Shown: one piece after another, positions 1 to 9,041 of the stretch | Position numbering within the stretch: position 1 is the first letter of the stretch | How the letters are laid out: every line of letters begins with the position of its first letter | From: Thermoanaerobaculia bacterium | GTDB taxonomy: Bacteria > Acidobacteriota > Thermoanaerobaculia > Multivoradales > Multivoraceae | Assembly: GCA_963666565.1 (NCBI GenBank) | Contig: OY762911.1 | Coordinates: forward strand, 2,944,001-3,008,000 | Direction of reading: 5' to 3' | Length of the DNA stretch: 64,000 bases | Notes under the pieces: model-generated | The model's input: only the letters and a program-made list of their open reading frames with translations | Told to the model about the DNA's origin: nothing | The model's database searches: none | Position numbers and translations under genes: made by a program

Positions 1-1897
1 TGACTACGGAAGTCCCGCCCAACTCGAACTGGGAAAGCGGCCGATCAGGCCAGATCCTGCCGATACGGCTTCGACCGTTTGCCGAGACCCACGTCATCCA
101 CAAGGACTCGTCGGGCGCTCCTTTCACCGTGAACGAGCCGTCCGCTGCCACCCTGGATTGGCGCAGGAACGCTTGGCCGGGCCGCAACGTCGTCGAGTGC
201 GTAACGGTGTCGCCTTGTTGGACATTGATCTGGAGGAGCCCGGTGCCTGCCCGCGAGCCTGGAATCCGCTCGAAACCGACAAGACCCCCATTCACCGGAA
301 CGCCGTCCAGCGTCAAAGTGCTTTGGATGGTGCGGTTCCGGTACACGAGGTCCACTTCGACGCGGTCGGCAGGGTCGTAGGCGTGGACCTGAATCTCCTT
401 CGACACGAGGAGTGAGTCAGAGGAATCCCGGAGGTCGATCCGGTAACGACCGGATGCGAGCTGGACCACCGCGAACGAAGATGGGGCTCGGTTCCCTCCA
501 CCTGTCGGTTGGAGATTGGCCGTCGCCAGAGGCGCTTCCATCTCACGAAACCGGTCCATCACGCGCACCGTGCCATGTGTCACTCCGTGCGCTCTCACGA
601 GAACGGTGCGAGGCGCGGGCATCCATATCTCCCCGAGGTCGGCACGCTCTGAGGCGTCGAGGGCAATGAGCCGTGCGATAGGAGGCCCTGTCCTACACTC
701 CGCACGCAGGTAGTAGCGGCCCTCGCTCAGTCCGCCAAGGAGGAAGCCGCCATCGCCGTCTGAGACGGTGATGTCCTGCCTGCCTCGCAGGCGGTGCAGA
801 ATGTGTGCATTACCGGCCGGCAGAAGCTCCAGTACGCACCCAGCGACGGGCTCGGCACCGCCAGCGGCGAACAGCCGTCCGGTCACGACAGCGCCCGGTT
901 CCAGATAGACGACGCCGAGGTCCATGACGCGCCCCGGATTCAGAGATAGGCCGTAGGCACCTGACAGGAGGTGGTTCTCCGCCTGGAAGTCGACTTGCAC
1001 GAGATCGGCCTGCCCAACGTCGCCGGGAATCGGGACGATCACGGGGGACGTCCCCTGCTCGACCTCCGTGCTGAGTGTCGAGTGCGACCGGACCCGCTTG
1101 ATCAAGACGCGCATCGTGAAGCGATCAACGGGAACCCCGGCGGCGGAGAACACCTGCACCCGGACGCCCTCCGAACTTGCTATGCGGACTGCCGCTTCAT
1201 CGCCGGTCGCCTCTGCGGGTAGCCTGAGGAGGATCGGTTGGTCTGGCCAAGGCGAGCCGGCGATGTCTCTCGCGGCGCGGCCATAACCCTCAGCCTCGGC
1301 CAGGACCTCGGCTTCAGGAAAGGCCGACAGACCGGTTACGACAAACCGACCGTCGTTGCCGCTAGCGACGCATCGGCGCACAGCGTCGGCGGGGAATGGC
1401 GCGTTCTCGTCTCTCCAACGCACACAAACAGTAGCTCCTGTCGCCCCCCGGCCATCGGAAGAGAAGACGCGTCCCTCCAAGGACCGTCCTGGCCCGAGCC
1501 GGATTGTCGTCGGCATCCGACCGTCGTCGAAAGTGCCGACGAACCTCTCGTGCTGAGGATGATCGACGACGAGTGTCATTCCGCGAACGCTCGGAAGCCA
1601 ACGCTCCGTCGCACCGTTGCTTGTGGTTCGCGTCCGAATCAGGAGCGCGCCGTTAGGAAGCGGTGCACCTGCATGTGGCGCCCGGAGTACCTGGACGACC
1701 GCGCCTTCAATGCCGCCACCTTCGCCGTCCACGACCGAAACGGCCGCCGCGTCAGGAGGGGAGTCCTGCGAGAACCCCACGCCGGGCGCGACGGCGCTTG
1801 CAAGCGCCCCAGCGGCCAGCAGCAACCTCGACCCGCGAACCGGACGAAGTTCGTGTTGGAGCGGCAGACCAGCCTGTCCGCTTCCCGTTGTTCTCAT
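1..1897 (-). CDS. Secreted carboxypeptidase-regulatory-like (Ig/prealbumin-fold) repeat protein, runs off the left edge
   Basis: Missing from the ORF track because it has no stop in the window. Manual translation is open from ATG 1897 to base 2: hydrophobic N-terminus RLLLAAGALASAVAPG, then repeats such as VVDGEGGGIEGAVV, SGNDGRFVVTGL, SDGDGGFLLGGLSEGRYYL, AADGSFTVKG. Confidence 0.75.
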   Translation of the reverse strand, partial: MRTTGSGQAGLPLQHELRPVRGSRLLLAAGALASAVAPGVGFSQDSPPDAAAVSVVDGEGGGIEGAVVQVLRAPHAGAPLPNGALLIRTRTTSNGATERWLPSVRGMTLVVDHPQHERFVGTFDDGRMPTTIRLGPGRSLEGRVFSSDGRGATGATVCVRWRDENAPFPADAVRRCVASGNDGRFVVTGLSAFPEAEVLAEAEGYGRAARDIAGSPWPDQPILLRLPAEATGDEAAVRIASSEGVRVQVFSAAGVPVDRFTMRVLIKRVRSHSTLSTEVEQGTSPVIVPIPGDVGQADLVQVDFQAENHLLSGAYGLSLNPGRVMDLGVVYLEPGAVVTGRLFAAGGAEPVAGCVLELLPAGNAHILHRLRGRQDITVSDGDGGFLLGGLSEGRYYLRAECRTGPPIARLIALDASERADLGEIWMPAPRTVLVRAHGVTHGTVRVMDRFREMEAPLATANLQPTGGGNRAPSSFAVVQLASGRYRIDLRDSSDSLLVSKEIQVHAYDPADRVEVDLVYRNRTIQSTLTLDGVPVNGGLVGFERIPGSRAGTGLLQINVQQGDTVTHSTTLRPGQAFLRQSRVAADGSFTVKGAPDESLWMTWVSANGRSRIGRIWPDRPLSQFELGGTSVV

Positions 1898-2182
1898 TCT
1901 CGAAGCCGAGCCAAGCGAGGGACGGTCTTGGGGTTGCCTATCTCGGCGCGGCCGAGCGCGGGTCGCGCGACGCTACCGGGCGCTCTCGGATTCGGTGCGG
2001 GGAGGTTGCGAATCGCCGACGAGGAACTCGACGCGGGTTCCCCACCCGCTTCCGGTGCCGATTGGCACAGGGCGGAAGCCGCGAGAACCGGTCACCGGAG
2101 GGAACCAAAGCGCCGTCAGGGAGACGTTCCAGCGGTGAACCCGCTGGAACAAGCAGGTCGGTGGGCTCCCTTGGACCATCAC

Positions 2183-2578
2183 TCAACCTTGACAGATCGC
2201 CTCAGCCTCCTCAACGGAGGACGCACCAAGCATGAGAAGGCCCAAGTCAATCTGAGCTTGATCTCCCCTCCGTAATCCAGTAGCGAGTGTCGTGCAGGCG
2301 ACTTGGTTGCCAGAGGGAGTGACTCCATCTGGGGTGGGGTCCGTTTCGCGGACGGCCAGCGGTTCCCGGGGTTCGATCGGCGCAGCGGGGCACGGAATGG
2401 GCGTCACTGTGGTAGTGGACGTGATCTGCCCATTCCCGTGCTGCGTAATGGTCGTGGTAACGAGGTAGCAAGCGCCAGCACCACCAGCAGCGAGTGCGGG
2501 CGAACTGAAGAGCAGAAGCACTACTCCCAGAAGAAGTACCACGACGGTTGTCTGAGCGAACCTGCCTGTCCTGATCAT
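2183..2578 (-). CDS. Small secreted Cys-containing hypothetical protein
   Basis: Clear signal peptide (VVVLLLGVVLLLFSSPALA), RBS AAAGGAG about 10 nt upstream, and a promoter upstream. Confidence 0.65.
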   Translation of the reverse strand: MIRTGRFAQTTVVVLLLGVVLLLFSSPALAAGGAGACYLVTTTITQHGNGQITSTTTVTPIPCPAAPIEPREPLAVRETDPTPDGVTPSGNQVACTTLATGLRRGDQAQIDLGLLMLGASSVEEAEAICQG

Positions 2579-2626
2579 TGCCTACGGGCTCCTTTGGGCG
2601 AACTGCGGAAAGGGCGAAGAAAGACG

Positions 2627-2677
2627 ATCCTACACGTCGGCTGAGAAGGGTGTCAACGCAGTGTACTGCTCAGTACA
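2627..2677 (-). promoter_or_regulatory. Sigma70-like promoter with an adjacent palindromic operator
   Basis: Minus strand TTGACA (2656-2651)-N18-TAGGAT; perfect inverted repeat TGTACTG-CT-CAGTACA at 2662-2677. Confidence 0.5.
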
Positions 2678-2685
2678 TGTGAAGC

Positions 2686-2718
2686 AAAGGGGAGAGAGGC
2701 AAAGCTCTCTCCCCTTTT
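2686..2718. terminator. Intrinsic terminator downstream of the TonB receptor gene, probably bidirectional
   Basis: Stem AAAGGGGAGAGAG / CTCTCTCCCCTTT with short A/T tails on both sides. Confidence 0.75.
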
Positions 2719-2768
2719 CTAGCCTCTGATCCCCGGGCTCAGCCCCGGCGATCTCTGCGCCCCGGCTC

Positions 2769-5700
2769 CTAGAAGCGGAACCTCAGCGAGGCGCGCACCT
2801 GGCGCGGGCGCTGGAAGAAGCGCCGCACCGGGTAGACCTGCCCGTCGCCGCCCCAGGAGCGTCGCCGCTGCTGGTTGGTGGCGTTCAGCACCTCGACCCG
2901 GACTTCACCGCGCACGTCGCGGTAGCCCATGGGGAAGCCCCAGGCGCCGCTCAGGTTGAGGGTGTACTCGTCCGACGTGAAGCGGCCCTGCGTGCCTGGG
3001 GCATGCAGATTGAAGCCGACATCGCGGTTCGGAGTACCTGGTTTCGGGTCGTTGGGGTTGCGGTTGACCGTGGCCGAATCGTCGAGATCGATACGCGTCC
3101 CCTCCGAGCGGACCCAAGGCGTTCCGGTCTGGAAGCTCAGATGACCCGAGAGAGTCAGGTCCTGGTTGCCGAGGCGCCAGGTCTTGAACCCGAACGAGTT
3201 GTAGATCCAGGTCCGATCGTAGGCGCCGTTGAGACCGCGCCGGTTGATCATCGACACCGGATAGCCGAGCCACTGGGAGAGTGCCTGATCGCAGTCCACC
3301 GGGAAGAGCTCCGTGCGACCGGTGCGCCGGTCCGGAATCGCCTGGTTGGCGTTGCACTCGTCGATGTGCTGCTGTTCTAGCACGACACTCAGGTTCTCGA
3401 GGTAGCTGCTGTTCGTGTTGTTCCACCAAGCGCCGGCACCGGTCGTGTCGGTCTCCGACCAGGACACATTGTTGTACAGAGCCCAGCCGTCGGCGAAGCG
3501 CCGATTGAGCTGTATCTGAAGCCCGCGGTAGGAGTTCTTCGCCGGATCCGCCGAGGCCAGAGCCTCGTCGTTGAGGTTCCGGGGAAGGCCCTTGGCCTCG
3601 CGCGCGTCGGCCGTGTTGGTCACGATCTGCGCAAGGTCGTGGTAGTTGCCGGTGATGAAGATGTTCCGGCCCTTGTGGTCGTACTGGGTGTTGGAGAACA
3701 TCATGTCCTGCATCTTCCAGTCGATGTACTTGACGTCGAGCGCCCAATTCGGAGCGAACTGCCATTCAAGGCCGAGGATCAGATCGTCGCGGTAGTACGG
3801 GTCGATGTCGTGATCCCAGATCTCGCAGTCGATGGCGGACATCTCGCCGTCCTGGCATGGCCTCACGGCGTCCCACATCAGTCCAGGAACCAGGGTGCTC
3901 CAGGCGAAGTTGTAGCCAGGAAGACGTGCGCCGACGGTGCCGGTAGCACGCGTGTCGTTGCGGTCGGGAACCAGGCACCAGACGGCGGCCTCGACCGGAT
4001 CGCAGAACAGCCAGACTTCGTAGCCTTCGTAGCCGTTCCACTGATCGTGCATGCCGCCGGCGGTGTCGCCTCCGCCGGAGATCCAGGCCTGGTTCAGCAT
4101 CGCGTGGTACTGACCCCAGTTCGCGGTGAGCAGCAGCCGACCGTCACCCTTGACGTCGTAGGTGATGTTCACTCGCGGATCAGCGTAGGTGGAGTCCACG
4201 ACCTTGCGGCGAATGTCGTTCCAGCCCTCTTGGATCTCGGCACGCACGCCGAGGTTGAATGTCCAATGATCGCCGATGGTGAACCGGTCTCTGAGGTAGA
4301 AGGCGGTGTCCTTCATCTCGGCGTCGCCGGTCCCGCGACCGATACAACTCGTACGGTCGTTGAAGTCCGTACGGTGGATCTGGCCGTTGACCTTCGTGAT
4401 CTCAACTGGCGTGAGTTCCTCGCCGACCGGGCCCTGGCAGGTCAGTTTGGGCGAGTTGTAGTCGACGTAGGTGCAACCGCGCGACCGGGTGGTCTGCGGC
4501 GGGATGAACCCCGGGATCGGCGTGTAGGGGTTGTCGGGCGAGGTGGTCGTCGGACGAGCCCAGCCGAGGCCGCAGCTATCGTCCACGAGAGTGCCGGCGC
4601 CGCCGTACCCGAACGGGTTGTAGGAGTCGTAGCCCCAGCCGTTCATGAACGACGTACGGGCGTTCTCGCCCTCCCATTTCGTGTCCTGGTAGTCGATGCC
4701 GTACTTCAACTCGTGGTTGGCGCCGACGAATTGGGTCAGGCCGACGTTGGCCTGCTCTCGGGGGAACGCGTTGAAGCCGAAGCCGTCCGAGAGGATCCAG
4801 CCGTTGTGCCAGGCGCCGAGGTTCTCACCGTCGACGTAGACCTTGTAGTTGTTGCCCGGCCAGAAGAAGCCCTTGCTGGGGTCGAACGGGAACCGTAGCG
4901 GCCAGTTCGTGTCGCCGCCGGACGTGTTCAACTCGCTGTGCCCCGCTTCGGGTCCACGGTCGAGCGCCTTCGCCTGCAGACATGTGGTCACCATCTCCGC
5001 GGGGACTTCCGGCAGGTGGCTGAGGCCGAGCCAGTCGAGAATCGGTTGGCCGTCGACGCTGAGAACGTCCGGGTTTTCCTGGGCGAGCGTGTTGTGGCAG
5101 CCGAGAAACTTGTTCTCCTGCGTTTCCTGTTGGGCAAGCTTGGCCTCGAGGAACCAGTTGGACGAGATTGCCCAGTTCCAGTTGCCGGTCAGCAGGTCGC
5201 TGTCGTTCTCGTGCGGCGTCGGCGTCCAGTAGTCGAACGACTGCGGGTTGAAGTAGTTCCTGAACGTCGGCGTCTCGATCCACGAGGCGTTGAACGAGTG
5301 GGCGTTGTTCGCCTGCAGGTTCAGCTTCATGATCCGCGTGTCGTCGAACAGGCTGATGTCGTAGGGGTCGCCGCCGACCAGCCGCTCGGAGTACGCGTCG
5401 TCGAACTCGCTGTAGCCGGTGTAGAACCAGAACTTGTCGCGCGCGATGGGGCCGCCGAGGGAAACCTCGAAGCCGTCGCTGGCGCCGGCCCACTCGGAGC
5501 CGCCCGGCCGGCAGGGCTCGAGTTCGCGGGAGCCGTCCGTGCCGCCGGGGATCAGTCCGCGGCCCTGGTCCCGGTCATCGCCGTGGCAGCGCTTGAACCA
5601 GTCCGCCGGATAAGGCTTGTTCGTCCTCTCGGTCAGGGAAGGCTGGTCCTTGTAGTCGGCGCCCCAGTCGATTCGCTGGTGGTTCCAGAGGGTGTCCGCG

Positions 5701-6419
5701 TGGAACCGGTTCGTGCCCGACTTGACGATGACGTTCGTGGCGGAACCGACGTAGCGGCCGTACTCGGCCGACGATCCGCCGGCCTCCATGGAGACCTCGG
5801 TCAGGGCAGTCGTCGGCACCCGGACCCGGCTGCCGCCGAACTTGGCGAACGTCGTGTCGACGCCGTCGATGAACACGCCCTGGTCGGCGAAGTGCGCGCC
5901 GTTGACCGAGGGACGGGTCTGCTGGATGTCGTCGTTCTCCGCGTCGGCGGTGACGCCGGGCAGAGCGTTGATGATGCCGTAGTAGGTGCGGGTGACGCCG
6001 CCGATCTGCTCGCCGATCTCGCCGGAAACCGTGGCGCCGGCGGAGACGTTGAACTTGTCGACCATCGGCGTCTCGCCGGTGACGGTGACCTCGCCCTCGA
6101 TCGCAGCCTGCAGCGTGAGGTCGAGGGATGTGCGGTCGCCGGCCACCGCGCGCACCTGGGCCGCGGCTTCGCCGAGGCCCTCCAGCGAGGCGGTCAGGCT
6201 GTAGTCGCCGGGGGTCACGCCGACGAAGCGGTAGGCGCCGTTCTCGTCGGTGATGCCGAACTTGTCCCCGCGCTCGCCGCTCAGCGTGACGCTCACGCCG
6301 GGCAGGGGCGATCCGCCGGGATCCACGATCCGGCCGCTGATCGTCGCCGTCTCGGGCGCGTCGGCAAGGGCGCCGACGGGCAGGAGCAGCAGCAACGCGG
6401 CCACCAAGAGTCGTTTCAT
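2769..6419 (-). CDS. TonB-dependent receptor (Oar-like) with an N-terminal carboxypeptidase-regulatory domain
   Basis: Signal peptide MKRLLVAALLLLLPVGALA after RBS GGAGG; plug motif SAEYGRYVGSATNVIVKSGTN; C-terminal PRQVRASLRFRF ending in Phe. Confidence 0.92.
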   Translation of the reverse strand: MKRLLVAALLLLLPVGALADAPETATISGRIVDPGGSPLPGVSVTLSGERGDKFGITDENGAYRFVGVTPGDYSLTASLEGLGEAAAQVRAVAGDRTSLDLTLQAAIEGEVTVTGETPMVDKFNVSAGATVSGEIGEQIGGVTRTYYGIINALPGVTADAENDDIQQTRPSVNGAHFADQGVFIDGVDTTFAKFGGSRVRVPTTALTEVSMEAGGSSAEYGRYVGSATNVIVKSGTNRFHADTLWNHQRIDWGADYKDQPSLTERTNKPYPADWFKRCHGDDRDQGRGLIPGGTDGSRELEPCRPGGSEWAGASDGFEVSLGGPIARDKFWFYTGYSEFDDAYSERLVGGDPYDISLFDDTRIMKLNLQANNAHSFNASWIETPTFRNYFNPQSFDYWTPTPHENDSDLLTGNWNWAISSNWFLEAKLAQQETQENKFLGCHNTLAQENPDVLSVDGQPILDWLGLSHLPEVPAEMVTTCLQAKALDRGPEAGHSELNTSGGDTNWPLRFPFDPSKGFFWPGNNYKVYVDGENLGAWHNGWILSDGFGFNAFPREQANVGLTQFVGANHELKYGIDYQDTKWEGENARTSFMNGWGYDSYNPFGYGGAGTLVDDSCGLGWARPTTTSPDNPYTPIPGFIPPQTTRSRGCTYVDYNSPKLTCQGPVGEELTPVEITKVNGQIHRTDFNDRTSCIGRGTGDAEMKDTAFYLRDRFTIGDHWTFNLGVRAEIQEGWNDIRRKVVDSTYADPRVNITYDVKGDGRLLLTANWGQYHAMLNQAWISGGGDTAGGMHDQWNGYEGYEVWLFCDPVEAAVWCLVPDRNDTRATGTVGARLPGYNFAWSTLVPGLMWDAVRPCQDGEMSAIDCEIWDHDIDPYYRDDLILGLEWQFAPNWALDVKYIDWKMQDMMFSNTQYDHKGRNIFITGNYHDLAQIVTNTADAREAKGLPRNLNDEALASADPAKNSYRGLQIQLNRRFADGWALYNNVSWSETDTTGAGAWWNNTNSSYLENLSVVLEQQHIDECNANQAIPDRRTGRTELFPVDCDQALSQWLGYPVSMINRRGLNGAYDRTWIYNSFGFKTWRLGNQDLTLSGHLSFQTGTPWVRSEGTRIDLDDSATVNRNPNDPKPGTPNRDVGFNLHAPGTQGRFTSDEYTLNLSGAWGFPMGYRDVRGEVRVEVLNATNQQRRRSWGGDGQVYPVRRFFQRPRQVRASLRFRF

Positions 6420-6606
6420 CGAGTCCTCCATCGCCGACGGTTCGCGTCGGCCGTGTTGAAAGAAAGCGGCGAATCCTCGCGGAGTAAGGGCGCGATGTCA
6501 AATCCCGCCCCGCCGGGGCGTGCAAGGCGCTCTCCGATTCAACCTGTTGGTTCGGCGTTCAGCGTCTTGGAGCGCCAGCGTCGGTTCCGGCAAGGTCGCT
6601 TGACGC

Positions 6607-9036
6607 TCAGGGCCGCGGGCGGACCGGGGCCAGTTCGCCTCGCCCCTCGACGAGCCGGTAGAGGCTGTCCGGCTGGACGCTGGCGAAGCTCTCGGTCCGG
6701 TCGCTCGCGGGCCAGTAGACCGCGACCCTCTCGACGGCTTCTGGCTGGCCGAGCCCGATCGTCTGGCGCAGCGGGTTGCCGCCGAAACTGCCGCCGCCGT
6801 TGACGCGGCGGTGGATGCTGCGCCGGGCGCCGTCCGGGTCAAGGACGTCGACCCGGATGCGGGCGCCGATCGCCGAGCGGTTGCTCACCGTCCCCATCAG
6901 GCGGAGCGCCAGCCAGCGGTTGCCGAAGCCCGGGTTGCGGAAAAGGGCGTCGCCGAAGCGGTCGCCGGGGAAGGCCCCGCCCATCTGCTCGAACACGTCC
7001 AGGTCGCCGTCGCCGTCGAGATCGGCGAAGGCGACCGCGTGGCCCTTCTGCAGGTGGCCGAAGCCGGCGGCGAGGCTGACGTCGACGAACCGGCGGCCCG
7101 CCAGGTTCCGGTAGAGGACGTTCGGCATGATCGCCTCGTAGTCGGGATAGCCGGTGCCGAGGTAGAAGTCGAGGTAGCCGTCGAAGTCGAGGTCGCCGAA
7201 GTTCGAGCCCATCGGAAGCTGCAGGCGGGTGAGCCCGCTCTTCACGGCAACGTCCTCGAAGCCGCCCTTGCCGTCGCCCCGGTAGAGCCTGGCGAGTTCC
7301 CATGGACCCGGAAAGCCCTGGTAGCTGGCGGCGACGAAGCCGAGGCCGCCGCGGTCGCCGGTGTAGCTGGAGACGAATAGGTCCAGGTTGCCGTCGTTGT
7401 CGAAGTCCCAGAACCAGGCCGGGAAGCTCTGGCGGGGTCCGGCGACGCCGAGCCGGGGCGCTGTGTCCTCGAAGCTGCCGTCGCCGCGGTTGCGGAACAG
7501 GCGGTTGGGGCCGCCGAGCACGGAGAGGTAGAGGTCGGGAAAGCGGTCGTTGTCGTAGTCGCCCCAGACGGCTGCCTTGACGAAGGCGCGGGTGGCGACG
7601 CCGGCTTCCGCCGCGACATCCCGAAAGCGGACGACGCCGTCCTCGCCCTGGCCCTCGTTGCGGAAGAGTTGCGACGGCGCGTCGACCGCCGGGCCGTGCT
7701 CGTTGCCGACGAAGAGGTCGAGGTCGCCGTCGTTGTCGTAGTCGGCCCAGGCGGCGGTCTGCGTGGGGTAGTGGGTCTCGCCGAGGCCGGAGAGGAACGT
7801 GACGTCCCGGAAGACCGGCGGCCCCGGCTCGCCGCCGTCGGCCGACTGGTTCAGCAGAAGCGAGTTCGGGTGGCGGCCGTGCGGGCCGAACCAGGCGCCG
7901 CGCAGCACGAAGAGGTCGAGGTCGCCGTCGTTGTCGGCGTCGCCGTGGACGACGTTCAGGCCGCCGTAGAGCCCATCGAGGCCGGCCGCGGCAGAGAAGT
8001 CGGTGAAGGTGCCTGTGCCGTCGTTAAGGAAGAGCCGGGGCGAGACCGCGGGATCGAAGGTCGTGGTGAAGATGTCGAGGTCGAAGTCGCCGTCGAAGTC
8101 GTCGACGACGGCGCCGCCGGAGAGGTTGAAGCTGTCGATCCCGAGCTCGGGCGCGACGTTGACGAAGCGCGGGAACTCGGCCGCCGAACCGAAGGCCGCG
8201 AGCGGCAGCCGGTGATCCGGTTCGACCGCCGCCGGGTGGTCGCCCAAGGTCATGTGGGCCAGGTTCAGCAGCCACTTCGCCTTGACCTGCTGCACGGAGT
8301 TCGGCGGTACGGCCGCGAGGTACTCGCGGAGGAAGCGCGCCGCCTGCTCGGAGCCCTCACGTTCGCTGTGAACGGCATCGCCGCGGATCGGCAGGATGCA
8401 CGCGTTGGCCCCCCCTGGCGACCCGTGCAGCCCGGCGCAGTTGCGGCTTTCGCCGTAGCGCAGCCAGGCGACGGCGATCCGGAACAGGGTCTCGGTCTCG
8501 TCGCCGAGCGTCGCGGGCGATGCGGACGTGAGTTCGTACGCTTCGCCGAAACGCTCCAGCGCGGCCGGCTCGTCGCCGAGGCGGAGTTCCTCCTCGGCCA
8601 GGTCGACGAGGAGGCGGAACCGCGTGGCGGCGGGGGCATCGGCGGCCGCGGCGAGCGCTTCGCGCGCGGCTTGGGCCGGGGCCTCGCCCAGCCAGGGGTT
8701 GCGGTCGAGGTCTTGGGTGCGGATCGTCTCCAGCGTCTCGACCATCCGGGCGTGGCTCGCGTCGATGGAGGCTGGCCGGACGGGAGGTTCCTGGGCCGCG
8801 GTGGCTGGGGCCAGGAGCAGGGCAGTCAGGAACCACCATGAGCGGAGGCAAGGCCGTGTCGGCGCCGGCCTGGCGGCCGGCCCGGTTTCCTGGCCGCCTT
8901 CGGCGGCAGCGGGTCGGCACCCTGGTGGCGCGTCACCGCGCCACCAGCGTCCCAGTCCGTGCGCCCGTCCTCGGGCGCACGGATGGCAGACCCGCGCACC
9001 CGGCGAAGCCTCGGCAAGTCGGCGGGCAGCCAGCAC
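6607..9036 (-). CDS. CRTAC1/ASPIC-UnbV family FG-GAP repeat protein (start uncertain; repeat element in the N-terminus)
   Basis: Multiple DxDNDGDLDL repeats; C-terminal NRSAIGARIRV...GLG ASPIC/UnbV motif; GTG at 9036 just after the upstream stop. Confidence 0.88.
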   Translation of the reverse strand: MLAARRLAEASPGARVCHPCARGRAHGLGRWWRGDAPPGCRPAAAEGGQETGPAARPAPTRPCLRSWWFLTALLLAPATAAQEPPVRPASIDASHARMVETLETIRTQDLDRNPWLGEAPAQAAREALAAAADAPAATRFRLLVDLAEEELRLGDEPAALERFGEAYELTSASPATLGDETETLFRIAVAWLRYGESRNCAGLHGSPGGANACILPIRGDAVHSEREGSEQAARFLREYLAAVPPNSVQQVKAKWLLNLAHMTLGDHPAAVEPDHRLPLAAFGSAAEFPRFVNVAPELGIDSFNLSGGAVVDDFDGDFDLDIFTTTFDPAVSPRLFLNDGTGTFTDFSAAAGLDGLYGGLNVVHGDADNDGDLDLFVLRGAWFGPHGRHPNSLLLNQSADGGEPGPPVFRDVTFLSGLGETHYPTQTAAWADYDNDGDLDLFVGNEHGPAVDAPSQLFRNEGQGEDGVVRFRDVAAEAGVATRAFVKAAVWGDYDNDRFPDLYLSVLGGPNRLFRNRGDGSFEDTAPRLGVAGPRQSFPAWFWDFDNDGNLDLFVSSYTGDRGGLGFVAASYQGFPGPWELARLYRGDGKGGFEDVAVKSGLTRLQLPMGSNFGDLDFDGYLDFYLGTGYPDYEAIMPNVLYRNLAGRRFVDVSLAAGFGHLQKGHAVAFADLDGDGDLDVFEQMGGAFPGDRFGDALFRNPGFGNRWLALRLMGTVSNRSAIGARIRVDVLDPDGARRSIHRRVNGGGSFGGNPLRQTIGLGQPEAVERVAVYWPASDRTESFASVQPDSLYRLVEGRGELAPVRPRP
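8864..9003. repeat. REP/REPIN-like element, variant with a 69-bp loop insert, in frame in a CDS N-terminus
   Basis: Reverse complement reads CCGGGTGCGCGGGTC-TGCC[insert]TGCC-GACCCGC-TGCCGCCGAAGGCGGCC...GCCGGCCGCCAGGCCGGC. Confidence 0.85.
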
Positions 9037-9041
9037 GGCGG

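Noticed and set aside
1973-2185. In-frame ORF directly after the TGA of the 2183-2578 gene as a second readthrough or Sec case
   Set aside because: No redox motif, no evident SECIS, and no recognisable domain downstream.
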